Source: Candidatus Gottesmanbacteria bacterium GW2011_GWA2_43_14
Lineage (GTDB): Bacteria > Patescibacteriota > Microgenomatia > 2-02-FULL-39-11
Direction of reading: 5' to 3'
DNA: 64,000 nt
Assembly (NCBI GenBank): GCA_000999095.1
Contig: LCFP01000001.1
Location: 74,230 to 138,229 of the forward strand
Below, in pieces: positions 58,130 to 64,000 of the stretch; within the stretch, counting starts at the first letter, position 1; every line of letters begins with the position of its first letter. Below the pieces are notes generated by a model. It had not been told where the DNA came from, did no database searches, and saw only the letters and a program-made list of their open reading frames with translations. The translations under genes were made by a program, and so were the position numbers.

Positions 58130-59172
58130 GCTTTATTTTCAAAAACTTGTTCATATTGGCTGCTGACGTTATCCCAGGAAAATTTTTCCGCCTGCTTTCT
58201 CTGCAGGCTGCCCGGGCCGGCCGATAATGCTTTTTTTATCGCTTTGGCATACGATACCGCATCCTCCACTTTGCAGTAAAAACCGGCCTTTCCTAAAATG
58301 AAGCGGCGGTTTTCATCATCAGGTGCGACAACCGGCAAATTGGCCGCCAGCGCCTCAAGATAGACCAGGCCGAAAGCCTCACTGGATTCAGAAGGCAGGG
58401 AAAAAACGTCGGCTGCCCGGTAATAACCTTGTATCAGCTCATGTCTGATATGCGGAAAATGGTAAAACCGGCCGGGCAGAAGCCTCTCTCCCGAATCAGT
58501 GATTTCCTTTTTCATCGGACCGTCACCGACAACCAGCAGATTAACCCCGGAAAGCCGGGATACAGCCCTGATAAGAAGACCAATCCTCTTATAGGGCAGA
58601 AGCGCTCCTATAGTAATGACCAAAGGGTGATTGAATTGAGTTCTCAGCTTGTGACTGGCGGTAGTTTTACGGAAATTGACACCGTTAGGAATCAATCGGA
58701 CAACCGGAGAAGAAGTCAAATTTTTTGCCCAGGAAAATGCGGCCGGTGTCAGCGCCACAAAAACATCAGGCCGGCCGAACTTCAAGTTGAAATGGTCTTC
58801 GCGCCCCACTCCTGCATGGCCGCTGACCAGCACTCTGCATTTTTTCAGCCCCCTTAACATGCGGCAAATTAAAACCTGGAAACGGCCGTTGACCGGTATC
58901 AGCCAGTCATAGTTTTCCGAAAGTAAAAAAGGCAGGGCTTTTAAAGTGAAATATAGGACAACAAGGTGATAGAAAAAGTCAGATGGCCCGCTGTTGGTGA
59001 TGAAAGGTACACCGTTTATGACTTTTTCCCGGTAGGAAGCTTTGTTTTCGGGACCGCTTTGGACTACCGTTACTTCATGCCTCCTTGACAAACGATGAGC
59101 CAGATTAACCACAAATATTTCCGATCCACGTTCGATGCGGCCGTTATAGATATTTAAAAAAAACAGTTTCAT
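58126..59172 (-). CDS. Glycosyltransferase family 4
   Basis: RGSE, IPNGV, KRI, EAFGLVYLEALA. Confidence 0.92.
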   Translation of the reverse strand: MKLFFLNIYNGRIERGSEIFVVNLAHRLSRRHEVTVVQSGPENKASYREKVINGVPFITNSGPSDFFYHLVVLYFTLKALPFLLSENYDWLIPVNGRFQVLICRMLRGLKKCRVLVSGHAGVGREDHFNLKFGRPDVFVALTPAAFSWAKNLTSSPVVRLIPNGVNFRKTTASHKLRTQFNHPLVITIGALLPYKRIGLLIRAVSRLSGVNLLVVGDGPMKKEITDSGERLLPGRFYHFPHIRHELIQGYYRAADVFSLPSESSEAFGLVYLEALAANLPVVAPDDENRRFILGKAGFYCKVEDAVSYAKAIKKALSAGPGSLQRKQAEKFSWDNVSSQYEQVFENKA

Positions 59173-59987
59173 TATGCCAGTTTCCTTTTAATTTTCTTCA
59201 GGGGTGTTAAAAACGCTGCCATAAACTCATAAACCATGCCTCTTTCACCTAAAACTTCCGCAACCATTGCCGGTTTTTCTTTTTTATAAAAAATCTCAGG
59301 AATAAATTGACGTTTAAGTTCCAATCCTTTCTCGATTTTGTACTTATTTCGGTTGAAAACAGGATCGTCCTTCATGGATGACCTTTTTAAATACATGGCA
59401 TGGAAAAGATGGCCTTTGGTGAAAATGAATTTTTCCGGGGGATGACGGGTTATCTCAGTATCCGTTTTGTCATAATATCCTTCGAGAGGATATTTGCCGG
59501 CAATATGAAGACCGGACAAAATGTCCGTATTAATCAGTCTGAGAGCGAAATGCCCCTTTTTGCCGAACAAACTGTAAAAACCCGCTGAATCGTCCTGGTA
59601 ATGGTAAATATCACCCAACAAATCATAACGGCCGACGACAATACCCTCCGTTGTCCGGCCTTTCATTTTAACAATCTTGCGGATTTCCGAGGCGGTTTCC
59701 CCGGGATAAACTTCATCGCCGTCAACCAGCCAGATAAAACCGCCGCCGGTTTTTTCCAGCTGTGACTGCCGGAGCCTACTGACGTCTTGGGCTGTTTCAG
59801 CTTTTTCCCGCTTCAGGCTGATTTTCGGATCGCTGAATGATTTAAGAATCCGGTAAGTCTCGTCCGATGAGCCGCTGTCACAAATAAGCACCCGGTCGGC
59901 ATATGGCAGAACCGAAGCCAGACTGTACCAAACGAAGCGGTCTTCGTTTTTAACCAGCATATGAACCGTAATTTTCTTATCAGCCAT
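59172..59987 (-). CDS. Glycosyltransferase family 2
   Basis: LVKNEDR, DSGSSDET, LVDGDEV. Confidence 0.88.
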   Translation of the reverse strand: MADKKITVHMLVKNEDRFVWYSLASVLPYADRVLICDSGSSDETYRILKSFSDPKISLKREKAETAQDVSRLRQSQLEKTGGGFIWLVDGDEVYPGETASEIRKIVKMKGRTTEGIVVGRYDLLGDIYHYQDDSAGFYSLFGKKGHFALRLINTDILSGLHIAGKYPLEGYYDKTDTEITRHPPEKFIFTKGHLFHAMYLKRSSMKDDPVFNRNKYKIEKGLELKRQFIPEIFYKKEKPAMVAEVLGERGMVYEFMAAFLTPLKKIKRKLA

Positions 59988-61272
59988 TTTTTCGGCGGAG
60001 AGTAATATAAGCCATCATGGAAGTCAAAACCAATGTCAAGCCGTAGGAAAGTATTAAAGAATAAGCGGCACCGAAACTCCCGAATTTCGGAATGAAATAA
60101 AGATTGCCGAAAAAGACAACTATCAGCTGTAAAACGGCATTGACCGTCAGAATCTGCGGTTTTTTAAGATAATAGATTGATAATGATACAGCCGGCACGG
60201 AAGCGACAAAAAAGAGCATGGCCACTAAAAGCAGTCTGAAAACCGGTACCGCCGGAGCGGCTTTTTGCCCGAAAAGAACAGTCAGGAAAGGCTGGGCAAT
60301 CAGTATCATGCCTACCGTCGACAAAGTCAATAAAAAGGTTGCCAAAATAATTTTAAGCAAAAAAGAATTGAACTCCGGCTTTGTTTTTATCTTGGAGAGT
60401 TTGGGCGCCAATACTGCCGAGAAACTGCCCGACAGAAGCGGATAAATGGAGATGACTCTGGCAGCTATGGAATAAATGCCGGCTTCAGTGGCATTTTTAA
60501 TGGATATAATCATCAGGACATCAAGCCTTGACGACAAGGCAGTCAATCCTCTGGCAATACCTAAAAAAACCGTGAAAGAAAGCAGCTTCTTCAGGTCGCC
60601 GGGCGTGACTTTGACTTTAAGAAAATTGAATTTCACCATGGCAAAGGCAAAAGTGACCAAGAGCAATTGGGATATGAGCTGAATCTGAACAGTCTTTATG
60701 AGGGTCAACGAAAAAGCGGACAGCAATATTAAAAGTAATATCAGCCTGATAATTCCGCCTACGGCGGAAAGTACGGCATTTTGGACGAATCTTTGGCGGG
60801 CAACCAGGGTAAAAAGGGCGAAATTGGACATAATGGTAAAAGAAATGGCCAGCCCAATCAGTCTTACATGCATGGCAAAATCTAGGTTATGAAAGAGTAT
60901 TTGAGAAATGGCCGGCGCCAGGAACATCATAAAAACTAAAACTGCAAGGCTGATGGCAAATTGCAACAGGAAGGAAGTTTTTAAAAAGCTGAGGAGTCTG
61001 TTTGGTTTCTCTTCCATCGGCGGCAGAAATGACGAAAGCGATGAACCTATGCCTATATCGGACAGGTCCGACACCAGAATCATCAGGGATATGAATGCTG
61101 AAAAGTAGCCGAAATCAGCCACCGACAAATTGCGGACCAAAATGACGGTAAAGATGAAAGCGAAAAATGCCGACAGGAAATTGCCTGTAAAAACAGCGTA
61201 AGTATTGCGGGCAGTTGCCGAAAACATAAGCGTCAGAAAAGCTTTCCTATATCGATTTTTAAAGTTATCCAT
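59980..61272 (-). CDS. wzx: Wzx-type oligosaccharide flippase (MOP superfamily)
   Basis: About 12 TMs, LSVADFG, SDIGIG, RLDVLMI, AGIYSIA, IPKFGSFGAA. Confidence 0.85.
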   Translation of the reverse strand: MDNFKNRYRKAFLTLMFSATARNTYAVFTGNFLSAFFAFIFTVILVRNLSVADFGYFSAFISLMILVSDLSDIGIGSSLSSFLPPMEEKPNRLLSFLKTSFLLQFAISLAVLVFMMFLAPAISQILFHNLDFAMHVRLIGLAISFTIMSNFALFTLVARQRFVQNAVLSAVGGIIRLILLLILLSAFSLTLIKTVQIQLISQLLLVTFAFAMVKFNFLKVKVTPGDLKKLLSFTVFLGIARGLTALSSRLDVLMIISIKNATEAGIYSIAARVISIYPLLSGSFSAVLAPKLSKIKTKPEFNSFLLKIILATFLLTLSTVGMILIAQPFLTVLFGQKAAPAVPVFRLLLVAMLFFVASVPAVSLSIYYLKKPQILTVNAVLQLIVVFFGNLYFIPKFGSFGAAYSLILSYGLTLVLTSMMAYITLRRKNG

Positions 61273-62377
61273 ATTTTCTGATAATACGGCAAACAGTGTC
61301 TATTTGCCGGAAAGTCATAGTCGTAAAAGTCGGTAAATTAATTCCATGTCCGGACAGGTACTCGGAAATTTCAAAACTGCCTATCATAAAATAAGGAGGC
61401 TGCCGGTTTATGGGAATGAAAAAAGGACGGCTGTCTATTCCGTTTTTACTTAGCAGTTCAATTAAACGGTCCCGGCTGAGTTTATAAGGCCGGTCAACCG
61501 TCATCGAAAAAAGCCAGCAGACATTTTTTTTATCAGGATGGTTTTTGACAAAATTAATGCCTTCTATCCCCTCCAATTGCTGTTGGTAACGCCGGGAAAT
61601 TGCGTCCCTTATTTCCAAAAATTTATTAATTCTTTCGAGTTGTGCCAGACCGATTGCAGCCTGCATGTTGGTCATTCGGTAATTAAAACCGATTTTCGGA
61701 TGAAAATAGTGCCGGTCCGGTTTTTGTCCGTGATCACGCAGGATTTCCATTTTTTTGAAAAGCTTTGAATCATCGGTTGTAACCATTCCCCCTTCTCCGG
61801 TTGTTATGATTTTATTCCCGTAAAATGAGAAAATACCGGCTATCCCCATCGAACCGACTTTTTTAGGTCCATTAATCCTGTACTCTGCTCCGTGGGCTTC
61901 GGCTGCATCCTCCAATACCCATAAATTTCTTTCTCTGGCAATTTCCAAAATTTCCCCCATTCCGGCCGGATTGCCATATAAATGAACGGCGATTATACCG
62001 CAGGTTCTGTGGGTAATTTTCTTCCGGATTTCCTCCGGATTTATATTCCAACTGCTTCTGTCAACATCAGCCAATACCGCCTTAGCGCCGACAAAACTGA
62101 CGGCGTTGGCGGTGGCGATAAAAGTAAAATCGGGTACAATGACTTCATCCCCGGCTGAAACATCCAAAGCTGCTAAAACCAAATGCAGGGCGGTAGTTCC
62201 GTTTGAAGTTGCCAGGGCATAGCGGGTCCCGGTAAATGCGGCAAATTGCTTTTCAAACAATTCCAGATACTTCCCGGTACTGGAAATCCAGGTAGAATTA
62301 AGGCAATCATTTAAATATCTTTTTTCATTGCCTGAAAGATCGGGAATGACCAGCGGCAATTTAATTTTAGTTTTCAC
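61265..62377 (-). CDS. DegT-family sugar aminotransferase (perosamine synthetase-like)
   Basis: WISS.G, SNGTTALH, VHLYG, EDAAEAHG, FSFYGNKIITTGEGG, GFNYRMTN; GTG start. Confidence 0.92.
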   Translation of the reverse strand: MKTKIKLPLVIPDLSGNEKRYLNDCLNSTWISSTGKYLELFEKQFAAFTGTRYALATSNGTTALHLVLAALDVSAGDEVIVPDFTFIATANAVSFVGAKAVLADVDRSSWNINPEEIRKKITHRTCGIIAVHLYGNPAGMGEILEIARERNLWVLEDAAEAHGAEYRINGPKKVGSMGIAGIFSFYGNKIITTGEGGMVTTDDSKLFKKMEILRDHGQKPDRHYFHPKIGFNYRMTNMQAAIGLAQLERINKFLEIRDAISRRYQQQLEGIEGINFVKNHPDKKNVCWLFSMTVDRPYKLSRDRLIELLSKNGIDSRPFFIPINRQPPYFMIGSFEISEYLSGHGINLPTFTTMTFRQIDTVCRIIRKYG

Positions 62378-63954
62378 TTTTTGGGGGACAGGATAAAGAC
62401 GTGGACATTTTCATAAATTTCATCTGACAGGATGTTAAATTCCGTCAAAAACTGCAGCTTGGATTCCTGCCATTTAACCAACAGCTCATTCGGCAGCCTG
62501 GGATCAATCATAGACAGCAGGACTATCTTTCCGGGATTACCCTGCTTCCGGTCATAATAGAGCCAGTCATAGTAGCTGTCCATGTATGAATGAACCGGTT
62601 TGCCTACATAATGCTCATAGAGATAACGCCAGCCGCCGAATCGCGGGCACTCTCCCAATGCTTCCAGTGAATATTCTTCCTGTTCTACGGCTTTTTGGGA
62701 ATAATCAAGTACAGCCATTTTTCCGGTATATGAGTAGCTGGAAAAAGCAGTGCCCAAAGTAATTACATTACCCAGAAGGAACATGAAACAGACGGTTGCC
62801 CCCAGATAAACCAGATCTTCATTTCGCCACAAACTTTCTACGGCTACACCTAAAATTATGGCCAGGTAAGGCAAAAGCCAAAGAAGATAATACTCGAAAA
62901 ATGCCCCGGGATAGAAAATGACGGCTGCCAGTCCCAAGAGCAATACTGAACCGATTATGCCCAATCCCAGATTATCCGGCAGAAGTCTTTTGTGGCTGAA
63001 AAATGATTTCATTTTGTGGAAGGCAACTTTGATAAATAAACCGATTCCCGCCAGAGCAAGCAGGATAATTTCGGGATAGGCGTCTTTGCGGAATGCTGTC
63101 AACTCCCGGCATTGCCCGTTTTCCAGGAATAAATCGGGACGCGGCGGAATCCAGAAAAACCTGCCCAAGGTATTAAATAAAAGCCTTATCCTGTCGCTAA
63201 AAGAGGCAAACAATCCTCCGCCTCTTATCTGTGACAGCAGTGAAAAAAAAGCCTTCAAATTGGGAAAATCATGGCGTAGTTCGAAAAGCAGTAGCGGCAG
63301 CTGCAGTAGCAAAAAAACAGCCACAGCCCAAATAATAATTTTCCGGCCGAAATGACGTTTATATTTTACCGTCAAAAAGAGTATTAAAGGAGCCAGCATC
63401 CAGACGGACAGATGGCTGTGCAAACCCAAACCGAAAAAGAAAGCCGCAGCCAGCAGGTATTTTTTATTGTCGGTCATTGACCGGTAGAGGAAATAACCGA
63501 TTAATAGAGAAAACAGGGGCATCAGCATCGGATTCCAGTACTGCCTGTCGTAATAAGATGTCAAAAAAGAAACGGCATAGAAAAAGGCAGCCAAAAGCGC
63601 TGCCCGCCTGTTAACCATTTTTTTAGCAACAAGAAAAACAACCAGGGTGGTCATCACTCCCAGGGATGAGGCAAAAATGGCAAAGCCTGCGGGATTTCCT
63701 CCGAAAAGAAGGTAAGGCAAAGCGGAAAAATAAATGAATAATGGCCCAAGGTACAGGCCGGTATCGGCAGCGTTTACCCCGATGAGCGGAAAATGGGCGC
63801 CTTCGACAATATTTTTGGCCAGGAAAGCTTCATATTCCTGGTCCATACCGAAGGCAAACCAGTCTGTCAGATGGTAAAACCTGAACAGGAAAGCCAGGAC
63901 CAAAACGCCCAGAAGCAATATCCTGATCCTACTTATTTTTTTGAGCTTGCTCAT
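62374..63954 (-). CDS. GT-C glycosyltransferase (PMT_2/ArnT-like)
   Basis: FRFY...GMDQE, PLIG, YLGPLFIY, WNP, FELRHDF; multi-TM. Confidence 0.85.
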   Translation of the reverse strand: MSKLKKISRIRILLLGVLVLAFLFRFYHLTDWFAFGMDQEYEAFLAKNIVEGAHFPLIGVNAADTGLYLGPLFIYFSALPYLLFGGNPAGFAIFASSLGVMTTLVVFLVAKKMVNRRAALLAAFFYAVSFLTSYYDRQYWNPMLMPLFSLLIGYFLYRSMTDNKKYLLAAAFFFGLGLHSHLSVWMLAPLILFLTVKYKRHFGRKIIIWAVAVFLLLQLPLLLFELRHDFPNLKAFFSLLSQIRGGGLFASFSDRIRLLFNTLGRFFWIPPRPDLFLENGQCRELTAFRKDAYPEIILLALAGIGLFIKVAFHKMKSFFSHKRLLPDNLGLGIIGSVLLLGLAAVIFYPGAFFEYYLLWLLPYLAIILGVAVESLWRNEDLVYLGATVCFMFLLGNVITLGTAFSSYSYTGKMAVLDYSQKAVEQEEYSLEALGECPRFGGWRYLYEHYVGKPVHSYMDSYYDWLYYDRKQGNPGKIVLLSMIDPRLPNELLVKWQESKLQFLTEFNILSDEIYENVHVFILSPKK

Positions 63955-63969
63955 GAGTAACTAGGAAAT

Positions 63970-63978
63970 ATTGTAACA
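63970..63978 (-). promoter_or_regulatory. Putative extended -10 (TGtTACAAT)
   Basis: 15 nt upstream of ATG 63954. Confidence 0.4.
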
Positions 63979-64000
63979 AAAATCCTGTTATAAAGATAAA

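Noticed and set aside
1-64000. Alternative genetic code (TGA=Gly, as in Gracilibacteria/SR1)
   Set aside because: Conserved genes are full length under code 11 and many end in TGA at the expected C-terminus.

Overview
Gene-dense bacterial chromosomal segment (standard code; TGA used as stop), almost entirely on the minus strand, with many overlapping stop/start codons. Gene content and protein style suggest a Patescibacteria/CPR genome, probably Microgenomates (inference only). Layout: (i) 1-5.9 kb: partial rodA, a type-2 ileS with a swapped GVHH signature, and an AT-rich two-gene islet. (ii) 6.0-29.6 kb: an expanded dcw cluster (mraZ-rsmH-ftsL-ftsI-murE-pgeF-murC-murB-murA-glmU-glmS-hydrolase-murF-DegT-femABX-dgkA-mraY-ftsW-murG-ftsQ-ftsA-ftsZ) with no murD or ddl. 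(iii) 29.7-35.6 kb: PilM-like/LytR_C fusion, glyQS, recO and DUF4012. (iv) 35.6-64 kb: a large surface-glycan locus with GT2/GT4s, four GT-C proteins, a flippase, ManC and methyl/acetyltransferases. Best candidates for an undescribed system: a three-gene cassette with its own predicted promoter (YIDPGTGS micro-protein + kinase/methyltransferase + membrane alkaline-phosphatase-superfamily transferase), and a hydrolase/membrane-MurF/DegT/FemABX block inside dcw. No rRNA, tRNA, CRISPR or transposase was recognised. All family calls come from motif reading, not database searches.
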